Shown: positions 52,101-62,619, counted from the stretch's first letter. The stretch: 64,000 bases of DNA from Glycera tridactyla (GCA_965644265.1 OZ286459.1:80600001-80664000), one strand, 5' to 3'. Numbers and translations: made by a program. The notes: generated by a model not told the origin, from the letters alone.

Positions 52101-54498
52101 GAAATTTGGGAATATTTCTAACTTTCATTTTTGAGTAAAGATACAAGGGCCATAATGATAGTGACATCAACTCCAAAAAGCATGAGGAAAAGATAGGAAT
52201 ATTTAGAGGGAGAAACAGTAATCATATAGTCAACCAACCTCATGGAGTCAAGAAGGCGTTTGATTGAATCAGAGACAGCCTTAGAGTGGGTTGAATACAG
52301 TTGGTATGTGTGTGAATCTTTCGGTGCGACGGCAAGTTGTTTTGCTGCCTGAATCATGCTGCATGCTCCATTCAACATGGTTGAACAAGCCTGTGTGATT
52401 GGCTCCTGGGCTTGTCTGGCCTGCAAAGTAAAATAATGACAAATTACAAATCTAAAAATTAATCATAAATCTGGAATGTATGAAAGTAACCTGGATAGTG
52501 ATGCATATAGATGAGTACCAGTCACAGAGTACCACAAGGAATGCCTGATGAGTAGGAACTCTCTCAATGGATGCCCGATTCCACTAAACCTAATGATATG
52601 TATTTGTAACACTATCCCATCCTGTGACATTGTACAGTGAAACCTGCAATGAGAACCCCTGACATGAGACCACCTCCAACGAAAGACCGCTTTTCCAGGG
52701 CAGCTCTTCTTTTTGACATCATCAAATATACCTCCGAAGAGACCACCTCTTTTGAGAGACCCATTTTGGTGACATTTAGGGCAGTCTCTTGTCGCAGGTT
52801 TCACTGTATACCCAATCTATGTACACCTGTCAGAATAGAGTCTTGTTATCTGTATTTCCACAAGGCAGCTCTTCCATTTGACGTATAGTCAAATATACCT
52901 CTAACGAGAGACAACCTCTTTTAAGAGACCACTTTTGGTGACATTTGGGGTAATCTTACATTGCAGGCTTTACCGTATCTAGGATGTATTCAAATATTCA
53001 GTACAACATGACTGATTGCAATCAATTATCAGTTGATTTTCCCTGTCTAATCACTGATTGTAATACCTGAACCAATACAAAATGCTACCTGAAATATTCA
53101 AGAGTGTATAATCAGCTGATGACCATTAGGAATGGTGATCATAACAACAGTTAGGGTAGTCAGAATTACAGCAAATTGCGCAGTCAAAATTCAGAAGCAT
53201 TCCAGGTGGGATGACAGGATACTCTTGCCAGTTATTCTGATTGCGTAAAATGCTGATGCTATTGATAAGTGAAGGTGATAGCATCGATGACTAATTCATT
53301 CCATGATGAAAAACGCCGCCATTATTAATACATACCTCAACACTGATCTTGGCAGGTACACTAGCAAACTCGGAGGACGACGCATAGGTTGTTAGCTCTT
53401 CAACTGCTTCCATTAGAGGTCTTGCCGACTCAGCACATTTCCGCCGGTTCTCGTCCGTAAAATCGCAATCTAGATCCTGAAAGAGGACAGCCATGGCACC
53501 ACCTCATGAATATCAATGGTGAGACTGTTCAACCACCGCCAGGATGGTAGAAGGGGGAAAATCTTTTTTTCTGAGTGATACCATTTGTCTATGGCACGTC
53601 TCATGAATGAGGATGACGGAAAATCGAGGGCTGGTTGGCTGATATATGTCTGTCTCATGCTAATGGGCCTGTAATGTCCCCACGTACACGTGACGGAGTG
53701 GTCGACAAGTCACCCCACAATAAATACAAGGTTACACTACATGTTGCCACTNNNNNNNNNNNNNNNNNNNNNNNNNNNNNNNNNNNNNNNNNNNNNNNNN
53801 NNNNNNNNNNNNNNNNNNNNNNNNNNNNNNNNNNNNNNNNNNNNNNNNNNNNNNNNNNNNNNNNNNNNNNNNNNNNNNNNNNNNNNNNNNNNNNNNNNNN
53901 NNNNNNNNNNNNNNNNNNNNNNNNNNNNNNNNNNNNTATCTGATCAAAGAGAAAGCACAAATATTCCATGGTGGTTAAATTAGACATGTCTGTGATATCC
54001 ATCCAAACATTGACGATGAATCCTTTGATGTCATTCAATTCCAGCCCTGGGCTATGTTTCCCAAATTTGAGGCTTGAAACTTCCTACATTAATTCTCACA
54101 TTCAGACAACACGTTTTTCTGTAAAATCATAATGATTTATTTTACTCAGTCATAATTCACCAGTATTTGATTCTGGGAAATTTCAGCTGGGAGAACCATT
54201 GAATATTCTCTGTTGGTCATGTTCTAAGAAAAGAATCTCACATCTGGTGCTCAGTACTCTGAATATATCTTCTAAGAATTATTTTTGTAGCCAGGATCCT
54301 TTAGGATAGCAACAAACATTCTGTGACTTTTCCTACCTTGATGGATTTGACAAGATTGGCAGTGCAGTTGGCAACTTCTTTGGCAGACTGAATGAAGTGA
54401 CGCTTCCCTACGGGATTGTTGGTTCTCGATGAAGCTTGCCGACATGTATTGCACAGAGCTGACGTATGTTTGGCGATGATATTAGCAGCTGACAACAC
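14397..54498 (-). CDS. TLN: Talin, C-terminal part (rod R8-R13 plus dimerisation domain); 18 exons, 3180 nt, 1059 aa + stop; 5'-partial
   Basis: Exons joined by hand at GT/AG sites keep one open frame with compatible phases. The peptide is colinear with vertebrate talin-1/2 from VLSAA.. to the C-terminus (e.g. GTQACI..SGII.DLDTTIMFA, WVDP.DP.VIAE, WSQGLISAA, EKLISSAK). Confidence 0.97.
14553..14681. other. Assembly gap (N run)
   Basis: N run 9 nt from the last-exon boundary. Confidence 1.
15208..15342 (-). CDS. TLN: Talin exon (R13 end/linker; not in the ORF track): AAGNAVKRATDALVKA...VVGGMAQ
   Basis: gattctag|GCT, CAG|gtatga, 135 nt. Confidence 0.95.
15514..15715. mobile_element. MITE (cagtcaaacctg subfamily)
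   Basis: ta|cagtcaaacctgtc ... acaggtttgacag|ta; related to 56004-56179 and 62442-62619. Confidence 0.75.
15795..16043 (-). CDS. TLN: Talin exon (I/LWEQ): VGQYSNND...WSQGLISAA...EKLISSAK...MNRLQ
   Basis: tgtgaacag|GTG, CAG|gtacgt, 249 nt. Confidence 0.96.
16669..16794 (-). CDS. TLN: Talin exon (I/LWEQ block): AVDENLTFAEQIVEAAKSIAAAT...VAQGK
   Basis: ttttcag|GCA, AAG|gtaggt, 126 nt. Confidence 0.96.
19952..20036. repeat. Compound microsatellite (GATT)n(GAGT)n
   Basis: Read directly. Confidence 0.95.
21207..21331 (-). CDS. TLN: Talin exon (R13 start; not in the ORF track): SDWVDPDDPIVIAEAQLLGAANSIEAAAKKLEQLQPRRLPK, phase 1/0
   Basis: ctatccataag|GA, AAG|gtgagt, 125 nt. Confidence 0.96.
21625..21917. 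mobile_element. Degenerate MITE with CAGGG-type TIR
   Basis: cagggttctgaga..gccagaa versus reverse complement of 3' end cagaattctgaga..gccagaa; no TSD seen. Confidence 0.4.
23513..23543. repeat. (CT)n microsatellite next to an assembly gap
   Basis: Read directly. Confidence 0.95.
23573..23755. other. Assembly gap (N run)
   Basis: N run. Confidence 1.
24963..25223. mobile_element. Degenerate CAGT-TIR MITE
   Basis: ta|cagtgaagcc ... caggtttcactg; gagacc-rich interior. Confidence 0.6.
26336..26441 (-). CDS. TLN: Talin exon (R12; not in the ORF track): IFQKPSPENRQKLAEISKRVAYSVTALIQAAEAIK(G), phase 0/1
   Basis: cttgcag|ATC, AAG|gtaagt, 106 nt. Confidence 0.95.
26956..27060 (-). CDS. TLN: Talin exon (R12; not in the ORF track): GAAAGTDNKEVQRRAIEAGKMCAQYYRDLLEQVNL
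   Basis: gttattcag|GGT, CTG|gtgagt, 105 nt. Confidence 0.92.
27453..27638 (-). CDS. TLN: Talin exon (R12): NYMTTDRVEKILSAEDLIRTTK...LMTCK
   Basis: atttgtag|AAC, AAG|gtaggt, 186 nt. Confidence 0.95.
28192..28308 (-). CDS. TLN: Talin exon (R11/R12; not in the ORF track): IMVTNVKSLLETVKTVEDEAQRGTRALESSVEVIGQELR
   Basis: cttttgtgcag|ATC, CGT|gtaagt, 117 nt; matches human VMVTNVTSLLKTVKAVEDEATKGTRALE. Confidence 0.95.
28706..28870 (-). mobile_element. SINE/LINE-tail-like interspersed repeat; related pieces at 26783-26870, 27727-27830, 30431-30500, 33720-33880, 56570-56620 and 57861-57930
   Basis: Shared tgtttgtttg.gg.ttaac.gcatgtatcaac..tatgtatgcc tail and cct.aacacaagatgatg..caagtggaagtagc core. 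Confidence 0.6.
34773..34950. mobile_element. 5'-eroded CAGT-TIR MITE
   Basis: gagaccactttttggtgac..tctcattgcaggttttactg|ta. Confidence 0.65.
36297..36422 (-). CDS. TLN: Talin exon (R11): VLLINAVKDVAAALGDLISATK...DSAK, phase 0/0
   Basis: tgtgttag|GTG, AAG|gttggt, 126 nt. Confidence 0.95.
38648..38722. repeat. (ATT/ATC)n trinucleotide microsatellite
   Basis: Read directly; explains the poly-Ile ORF. Confidence 0.9.
39635..39818 (-). CDS. TLN: Talin exon (R11): ESILKTAKSLVEDTK...EQPEAQ, phase 2/0
   Basis: cttgcag|G, CAG|gtaatt, 184 nt. Confidence 0.96.
40335..40648 (-). CDS. TLN: Talin exon (R10/R11): VGQRVKLCVQELG...GTQACI...FGDH(R), phase 0/2
   Basis: tctgcag|GTT, AG|gtttgt, 314 nt. Confidence 0.96.
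40898..40984. repeat. (CCA)n trinucleotide microsatellite
   Basis: Read directly. Confidence 0.95.
42075..42194 (-). CDS. TLN: Talin exon (R10): VGKSGTNVSELGTLANQLTRDY...PSPE, phase 0/0
   Basis: cttttgcag|GTG, GAG|gtgagt, 120 nt. Confidence 0.94.
43006..43173. mobile_element. MITE with CAGT TIR and a different interior
   Basis: ta|cagtaaaacctgtcttaag ... caagcaggttttactg|ta. Confidence 0.75.
44396..45056. repeat. 55-bp minisatellite, about 12 near-identical copies
   Basis: Unit gatatgatattctgtgatattcagcaactaatgatacatagccctcccattttaa; period checked at 44581 and 44636. Confidence 0.97.
46068..46136. repeat. (CA)n microsatellite, read as (UG)n on the talin pre-mRNA
   Basis: Read directly. 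Confidence 0.95.
49885..49986 (-). CDS. TLN: Talin exon (R10): TDERITVPEHISYVDFQT...AQDM, phase 0/0
   Basis: tttgttttccag|ACT, ATG|gtatgt, 102 nt. Confidence 0.93.
50404..50956 (-). CDS. TLN: Talin exon (R9, start of R10): GQSPGQLECE...LAKSVAK, phase 2/0
   Basis: tttttcag|A, AAG|gtacgt, 553 nt. Confidence 0.96.
51000..51129. other. Assembly gap (N run)
   Basis: N run. Confidence 1.
52239..52420 (-). CDS. TLN: Talin exon (R7 C-terminal helices): ARQAQEPITQ...RLLDSM(R), phase 0/2
   Basis: tttgcag|GCC, AG|gttggt, 182 nt. Confidence 0.95.
52635..52806. mobile_element. Intact CAGT-TIR MITE, followed by a second partial copy at ~52860-52975
   Basis: ta|cagtgaaacctgcaatgaga ... cttgtcgcaggtttcactg|ta. 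Confidence 0.85.
53336..53476 (-). CDS. TLN: Talin exon (R8): DLDCDFTDENRRKC...PAKISVE, phase 0/0
   Basis: ctctttcag|GAT, GAG|gtatg, 141 nt. Confidence 0.95.
53752..53936. other. Assembly gap (N run)
   Basis: N run. Confidence 1.
54337..54498 (-). CDS. TLN: Talin exon (R8): VLSAANIIAKHTSALCNTCRQ...LVKSIK, phase 0/0
   Basis: ttatttcag|GTG acceptor, AAG|gtagga donor, 162 nt. Confidence 0.96.
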
Positions 54499-56003
54499 CT
54501 GAAATAACGAGGAGGATAATCATAAGATGGACATGACAAGCACATCAAACCACCAAGATCGGGGTACAATCAGAAATTTCCTCAGCACTTATACTGATTG
54601 AATATCAGTTCTAAGCAATCACTAATGAAATGCCAATTACTATAGTTCAATATGCAATGAGGAAGTACTTTGAATTCCATGAAAATTGATGCACAAAGAT
54701 AGGTGCTCACCAATAACAGAACCATTTGCTTGAAATTGACAGGGATACTCTTTCAAAAAATGCTTGCTCGTCGCAAGAAATTACTCATTGCAGCTTCTTC
54801 ATGCCAGAATTCATAGCAGGGATACTTCCAGAATTTTCAAAATTAGAGGGCATTCGCCTGCAGAAAGTTTCCGCGAGGGTGTTTTTTCAGAAACTCCTTC
54901 AGAATAAATTCACTCAAGAGGGTATAGAAGCAGCTATGTTACTGATTCAAGAGGCATTTCCACCCATGATGTTCTCAAAATGCCCACTCTCAATTAAATA
55001 CGTCAAACACCCTGCCAATGAAAAACTGACTGAAGAACACTATGATATCATACTTTGGGGATTGCAATTTTCTTTTGTCTGCCCCATAACCCAATGAATC
55101 ACTGCTTCCCCAAAGAATAAACAAGCACGGGAAGGAGAGTTTTTTATGGACAGGTTCAGATGTATCTGATCCGACAGTTAATCTAGCCAGTGAAAATGCT
55201 GACAGTGAAAGTGCTGGTAAGATGGAGGACATGGTAAAGCCCTCTGGTCTCGGCCAACTCCCACATGGATGTCCTAGCTGATCCTGGAGGGGGGCAAGTA
55301 CAGTCAGGCCCAACCAAGATACAAGACACTAGATAGACTAGATTCTACGATATTGATGTTTCCATGTTGATAAACGCATCAATTTCACCAACACCACCAC
55401 CCTCCTCCCTTATATGGCCTCTCATGATCGTCCACAACGCTGCCGATTACGTGAACGGCATAACATGTCATATCTCCGCTCTCGTCTTCTCATCCCAATA
55501 ACTCAGACTTGACGGCTTCTCATGCCACACACCATCCGAGAATATATCAAGATTTCACTCCCTCTAAATCCTCACTCAAGATGCTATCTGATCAATCCAT
55601 AGTTGATATGAGACATTAGAATCCATGTAAACAAGAATTACCATCATCAAATATGGCTATAGTGAATCGACGGAAATATCTTCAATCACGAGATCAACCT
55701 CTCCACACCAGTCCACTCTTGGTAACATCTACCGTAAGAGTGGTCTTTGTAGAGAGGTGACTTTCATAGAAAGGTTGTTTACTGGAGTCAATACTATCCT
55801 GGTCACAGCTCAGAGTGGTCCTTGTCAGTAGAAGGCCTTCACATAGAGGTGGTTTCCCAAGCAAGCCCAAATGAAATCAAAGACTAGCTTTGACCAATTA
55901 TTATGGCCTTGCTACTGGTCCACATTGTGACATCACAATCAGTCACCAAGGCTTGTTGAGTACTCTTCCAAATGACTGATACAGGATGCTTGATGTCAAT
56001 ATA

Positions 56004-56179
56004 CAGTCAAACCCGTCTATAAAGACCGCCTTCGGTCACATCAAAAAGTGGTCTCTACAGACAGGTGGTCTTTATAGAGGTTGTTTACTGTTGAAAATAC
56101 TACCACGGTCGCAGCTCAGGGTGGTCTTTAAAGAGAGGTGGTCTCTATAGAGAGGTGGTCTTTAGAGCAGGTTCGACTG
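56004..56179. mobile_element. MITE (cagtcaaacc subfamily); partial sibling at 55730-55870
   Basis: ta|cagtcaaacccgtc ... gcaggttcgactg; closely similar to 62442-62619. Confidence 0.85.
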
Positions 56180-57967
56180 TGTATGTGAAACACATCTCAA
56201 GAAATGTGTGCCAACTGGGCACATTTATATGTGAACTATGCTCCATTGAATAAGTCAATGTGCCCAGGGCACAAGGTGCTATAAAAGGATTCAAGCCTGC
56301 TACACACAGCTGTGTGTTCAATATAGCCTGCATGAAGACCATGTGACAAATGTAAATCTGATATCACATTTAATTGCAACGAAACGGAAATGACTCATAA
56401 GTTCCACTTTCATCCTAAAGAGATTATTATGTGATGTTCCCACACACCTTGACTATTATCAGGGGATGACTAAAGATATGAGGGGGGAGGGGGAGATGGT
56501 GGCAGTTCAGGTCGAAGAGGTCATGGCATCCCTTGTTATGGCTTGAGCTAGAGATGTATGAGGGGCTGGGTTCCTTGTCCCCTAGGCAACTAGAAAGGTT
56601 GTCAAGTGGAAGTAGCTGTAGATTCAGGCACCCCTCTTATTTACCCAGCATGGATGAAGTTATGATGTATGGGGGAGTAGTACAAATGTTAAACCTTGAC
56701 TGGAAAGTTTAGTCCTGGGAGCAGAAAAGTTTTGCATTAATGGAGCAGAGAATATTTTTGCAAAATTTGCAATTTTTGAATAGTTACATTTTAGAAGGTT
56801 TGTTTGAAATTGTTCTCAACCGAAAGAATTATAAATCCTCTGTGTTCTATGAAAACTGAAAAATTTGTCTCCTTATGGCATCACTCCCAGGAACTCTAAA
56901 CACAAAATAATGGGATCCTAGAAAGCTTGTTGATGGGAAGTAGTCGACATTTCAGACACATGTCTCCATGCCTCACATGAATCTGGATGAATCTATCGAT
57001 GATATATCAGAATATGTAACTGGCCGGGAGCTGACACTCCAGTCAGATAGTAATCAAAAGATTGAAGTCCGGGAGGAAATGCATCAATTCAGCTCGCCGC
57101 TAACTTCACTCTGCTTTCAGGGTTGGAGTGTGAACGTCAAATTCCCATAACTGCTAACACAGCTGGCTGGAGGATGTCATTTTTGTGCGGATCGGCGTTA
57201 TGCGCTGGATTTGTGGAGGTATAAATTACTGGTGATGGTGCTCATCGTTAATCCGGGCACATAAACACATTGAAGCAGTGAAGATTGGGTGGGGTGTCAA
57301 GCACCGGCTGAACGAGCCAAGCCTTCCAGATTTGCTCATCACTCTGCATCGCATGCAGGGTTTTATTTTAATTAAAAGCGCCGAGCTGCGCCATTTATTT
57401 TCGCCACACTTGTGGGCCGTTAGCAAGGCAGCCTCACAAGGACCCGAGCGCAAATGGATGCACTGATCCCCATTATAAGTAGGTCTCAGATTTGCTCTCT
57501 GCTCTCGCTCGCCATCCTAGTTACGCTCACCCCATCACATCACAGAACAGGCAGGAGACGGATCCATGGATGTCCTCAAAGTCGATCTCCTTGACTTTAG
57601 ACAGCATGCTATTAAATATGGCAGGCAATCCAAGTCACTTTGAATTTCCCGGAAAACCGTGCTGGCTTGATGTACTTAATATATTTTAGACGTACCTCAG
57701 TTATCAGTGAAGTCCAATCGCAGTCCCTACCTATGTCTCTCTAACCTGTGAGAGCATGCAATTGAATGTGGCAGGCAATTCAAGCAGCTTTGACTTTCAC
57801 TAAAACTAAAACCGTACTACCCTGCGGTATATGTTGGATTTCAGGCAAGGCACAGTTACTACTGATTGGTTTGGTTTGCTGGAGGTTTAATGGCATGTAT
57901 CAATACAAAAGATCATGTATGCCATGTGTTTATGGTCTATGGGAGCTGGCGGTTCTGTCCCCAGCAA

Positions 57968-58118
57968 CAGGGTGAGAAGATATAGCTACCCACCTGCCCG
58001 GGGCAGGTCGATTTTTTGGCAGGTCGGTAGAAATTCATCATAAATTACTTGCATATAAGTATGGCAGGTTGATTTTCCAGGTGGGCAGATTAATCTTTCT
58101 GATATCATCTGAACCCTG
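57968..58118. mobile_element. hAT-like MITE with CAGGG TIRs and an apparent 6-bp TSD
   Basis: cagcaa|cagggtgagaagatat ... atatcatctgaaccctg|cagcaa. Confidence 0.6.
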
Positions 58119-58469
58119 CAGCAAGCATCACTAACTCCACTATAGAATTACAATCTATATCATTCCTAGCAACTGTATCTAGGCAACCATAATTTATCAT
58201 GACAAATCACTCCTCACCTCCATTCTCACTTTTCCAAGCTGTGGATGTGTTCAGTTTGTCTCTTTTATCAACGTTTCAAAAAGCAAGCACACATACGCCC
58301 ATTTATACATGAAGCCTGTGCATGTATGTATGTGCAAACATAATTCATGCTACTTCATGAGAAATCACAGTCCATCTACTTGAGTCTCTCATTTCACTCT
58401 TTCATGACAACTTGAAGATGAGGAACATATCATTCAAGTAACCTCAAGATGACCTCTGATGGGATATCC

Positions 58470-58620
58470 CCTGACAAGACCACTTCTGACAGGAGACCGC
58501 TTCCACAGGGCATTTTCTCAACTTGACATCGTCAAATATACCTCTCACAAGAGACCACCATCTATATTGAGACCACTTTTTGGTGACATTCAGGGTGGTC
58601 TTTAATCGCAGGTTTCAATG
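58470..58620. mobile_element. 5'-eroded CAGT-TIR MITE; another partial copy at 59115-59220
   Basis: gagaccactttttggtgac..atcgcaggtttcaatg|ta. Confidence 0.65.
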
Positions 58621-61600
58621 TACTGCCCATGAAGGACAAGTCCACTGCTCAAGCCAACACCCCATATGAATCAGCACCCCGTCCTTTCTGGAACTGTGGT
58701 CGGTTAGCAAAGGTGGTCTATAAAGCAGGTTCATTTGAATAACAAATGGGAGATGAGCTGGTGGTGGCTGGTATCTCTGTCTCTATTTTTAGGTGGGGTT
58801 AATAGACCATTACAGCCAGTCCAAACCTGATATGCTCATCTCTAGAGGATAATTTGTTTCTACAAGTCAGATTCACAGACCTAACAACCTTGTCGACAGA
58901 GATCCCCAGAGAGCAGAGAGATACAAGACCAGGCCCTCTTCAAGGTATTCGTATCCTGGCCCATCAGAATGCACTCCGGGTCACTAGTGGTCACCTCTTT
59001 ATTAAGGGGCACAACCGGCTGATTTATTCATTCATCCATCTATCTCGTAGTAGTCATAGTCCGCACCGTCAGGGATAAGCCACAAAATTGGATTTGAAAA
59101 ATCAAATTGAACCTTCGGTCGCATAAAAAGTGGTCTCCATAGGGAGGTCATTCACTGTTGAAAATACTATCATGGTCGCAGCCCAGGGTGGTCTTCACAG
59201 CAGGTTTTTCAACTGTTGTTTAGCCAGACATTTAAACATATTTTACATTTTGAAAAATAGGTCCCATCCACCATATCTTATGTCACCAACAATGACTGTT
59301 ATAGAGGAGGTGTGGCAGGATTCAATGACTTATTCTCATTCAAGACTATGTTCTAAACAAACTTCCCTAAAAATTGTATTAGTGAACCTCACCCTATTCA
59401 TCTAAATTCACTGAGAGCTGATATTTTTGTCATTCAAAGCCATTCTGCTGTGGATAGACAAAAGCTATAAATCACAGAGAATATCCAAGTCCCCTGATAA
59501 GGGAGTAAAATCAATACACCCATCTCAAAACACAGAACAACATTCTGAAGACAGAGTGCTCATTTAGATTTTTGATTTCTTGAGAAGCAAAAATTTAAAA
59601 TCTTGAGGAGCAGAATACAGCAAAAATCTTGAAAATTCAACATTATCTCTACACAATGCACCGCAAAGAGAACTCACTATCCAACATATTGAGATTTCTG
59701 ATGTTTAATGGTTAATTGCATTCATCCTTAAAGAACATGGGGGGGGGGGGTAGGGCTTGACAAGGAATTCCAGGACCACTTCGGTTAGGTATTTGTACAA
59801 GCGAAAAATGGAAAGGTGATCTTAATTGCCATACATATACATGTAACTCGATAAAGAGATAAAAGTGTGATCATCTGTATTGTCCAATCACGACCAATGA
59901 GGGTGTGATATGACCCTCCACCTTCGTCTCATTCATGGAAACATGTGTCATTTTTCCATGCTTTCAATCCAACCAAGTTGCTCTGTATTTTCAATGGAAA
60001 TCGAGTAATCTTGGTTTTTTTTTCATTCAGAGTTGATTTTCCATATTTGCTATTCAAACAAGTCTATTTCAAGTGATTTCAAATCAAGTCAATTTCCCAT
60101 GTTTTGAGTCATAAAGTAATGCTGATTAACCATAATTTCACTGTTTGACTCTTCATAGTGTCTGTTCGACTCTTCGTTATTTGACTCATCATAGTGTTTG
60201 TTCGAATCTTCACAGTGTTTGTTTGACTTTGCATAGGATTTGTCCTGATTGACTTGAATCTGGCAGCTTCATGGAACAGACATGTGTCTAAAAAGTGTCA
60301 GACATCGCCATCTGGTGGGATCTCCTGAGAAGCAACATGTCAACCAGTTTCACTCAGTGGAACACAAATCAAAACTGCACTTACACAAAAAAAAACAGGA
60401 ATTCACACACAAAAGAAAATATGTCTCTTCACTTATCCGCAGGATGACACTCAAATATTCTTTTTTTTCAAATACGAAACTAAATCATATAACCACTAAG
60501 GAAACCCAGGTATTATTCCAGCCATGAAACAGGAGATCTTAAGCCTGCTAACGGGATGAAATAGTAGTTGAATGCGATCGATACCTTCCTCAGCTCATCT
60601 CTCCACAGCTAACTCCCCAATCAATCGAAAACAAATGTGAAAATGATATAAGATACATGCACTTGTAGGTACATTGAACACCTAGTGCAGAGAAATTGAT
60701 AACTGTGCAGACAATAGATTGTGAAAAATATAAACTTGATTTGGGGAACCTTCATTATCTGGTATTATATTGTCTGATACCAACAACTCACCTGCGAGTA
60801 TGTCCAACTTCCCAAACCCACATATTGTATCATTCTAACGAGGTGTATGACATGCTATAAATGTATACCTTCAGGCCTCCAACAAGTCAATCCTACTCCC
60901 ATGTATGCATGAATATCAATTCCCATTTATTAATTGACTCCAGAAAAATTTGGGCATTTCCCACATATCATGCTAATGCTAAGTTAGGTAAGTTAGTCAT
61001 ACAATGAAAAGAGAGAGAGAGCGAGAAAGATGATTCACACATCATCTTGGAGTTAAACAGATCCTACAAATCGAGAGTAGAAGTGAATGCAAGTGATGTC
61101 ATCGAACTGTACATTAGCTAACAAACTCACTCCATACTGGTTATGTTTATACAGTGGAAGAAAAGAAAACAAACAGCCACAACACCACGTACAAAAACTG
61201 GTGAGAGAAAAACAGAGCAATCAAAACATGCACCATGCTCAGTGGATCGATTCAAATTTCCGTGTGCAATATGCACTACAATTACACGAATCATCAATGC
61301 TGAAGATGCTCAATGTATGATCTCAAGGCATGAAATCAAAGACATGAAAGAGAATCAAGATATCTTAGAGGCAGTGCTACAGATAATGTGATCTGATTCC
61401 ATCCAAAGATCTAATATTCATTTTTTTTGTAATTTCATAATTAGATTCTATAACACTTATTGAATAAACCATTGAAAGGCCATTCTATGTCCTCTGAAAT
61501 CCCATTCATGAGATAATTCAAAGATTTTGCCCAGGATTCTCACTCATGTGTGTATTCCAAGAGATTCACCAGTAATAAGTTTCAAATCAAAGACTAGCTT

Positions 61601-62441
61601 GGCTTTACAGCTATCCATCCAACCAATACAGAATTGAGAAAATTGTCTTGATGATCACACCATAATTGATAATATACATGTATATATATTTCCATATACA
61701 AACGTACACACATACATATATATTCATCCTGAATGATGGGCAAAAGCCAAACAGAAGAGGCGCCTTCTAAAAGCAGTCTTTCAAGAAAGGTAATCTCACA
61801 TTGAGGTCTATGTATGTATATATAATCTAGATTGATGGATAGATTGCAGAACAATATACAAAGCTCAGTTGCGGCAGCCAAGGACTTTTACCAGTGGCAT
61901 CCATATATACATGGGTTGATGAATTGGTGACCATCCAGTGAGCAGATGCCATATTTGGGTTACAAACAGTGGAATATATTCATTAAACACACAATGAGAA
62001 AGTGGATGAAAAGGTCACATCTGTACAGGATAAATAGGCTTCCTACCCCTCAACCCCCTCCTCTCCGAAGCCAACCTCCCAGGCCAACCCCCATTAGCTG
62101 AGTAAAAACTCATTATTACCCAAATAATGAAGCCAATTGTTAAGGCTTTCATCATATGGTTAAGATATTGGCTCATCTCAAGCCAACTTGGTTTGAGTGA
62201 TTCTGGGCTATTCTCTGAAGATATGGACATACACAGGTTATTCTGTACATGTGATGGGTATTGAATAAGGCATTAGACCGAAATCCTGAACCGCCAAGCA
62301 GAAAATGGATGACAGATAAAGAAAACACATGCTCACGAGCATTCTGTGAGGTCAGTAGATGAAATGAAATGGTCATTCTATTTCATTCCTAGCATTTCAT
62401 TGATGTGTTTGTTGTGTTTATTATATCGGCAAAACTAAGTA

Positions 62442-62619
62442 CAGTCAAACCTGTCCATGAAGACCGCCTTCGGTTGCATAGAAAAGCGGTCTTTATAGAC
62501 AGGTGGTCTTTATAGAGAGGTCATTTACTATTGAAAATACTATCACGGTCGCAGCTTAGTGCGGTCTTTATAAGCAGGTGGTCTTTATAGAGAGGTGGTC
62601 TTTAGAGCAGGTTCGACTG
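62442..62619. mobile_element. Intact MITE (cagtcaaacc subfamily)
   Basis: ta|cagtcaaacctgtc ... gcaggttcgactg|ta. Confidence 0.88.

Noticed and set aside
14553-53936. Missing talin exons hidden in the N gaps, and ORF-track entries spanning Ns
   Set aside because: The 18 exons already give an uninterrupted colinear protein; the X-containing ORFs are artefacts
54711-54728. 18-nt in-frame microexon QMVLLL
   Set aside because: The AAG acceptor is weak with no pyrimidine tract; it illustrates the chance rate for such pairs
56448-56469. 22-nt microexon with a strong C-rich acceptor
   Set aside because: It shifts the frame and the donor (gtgtgt) is weak; it only fits in ad hoc combinations
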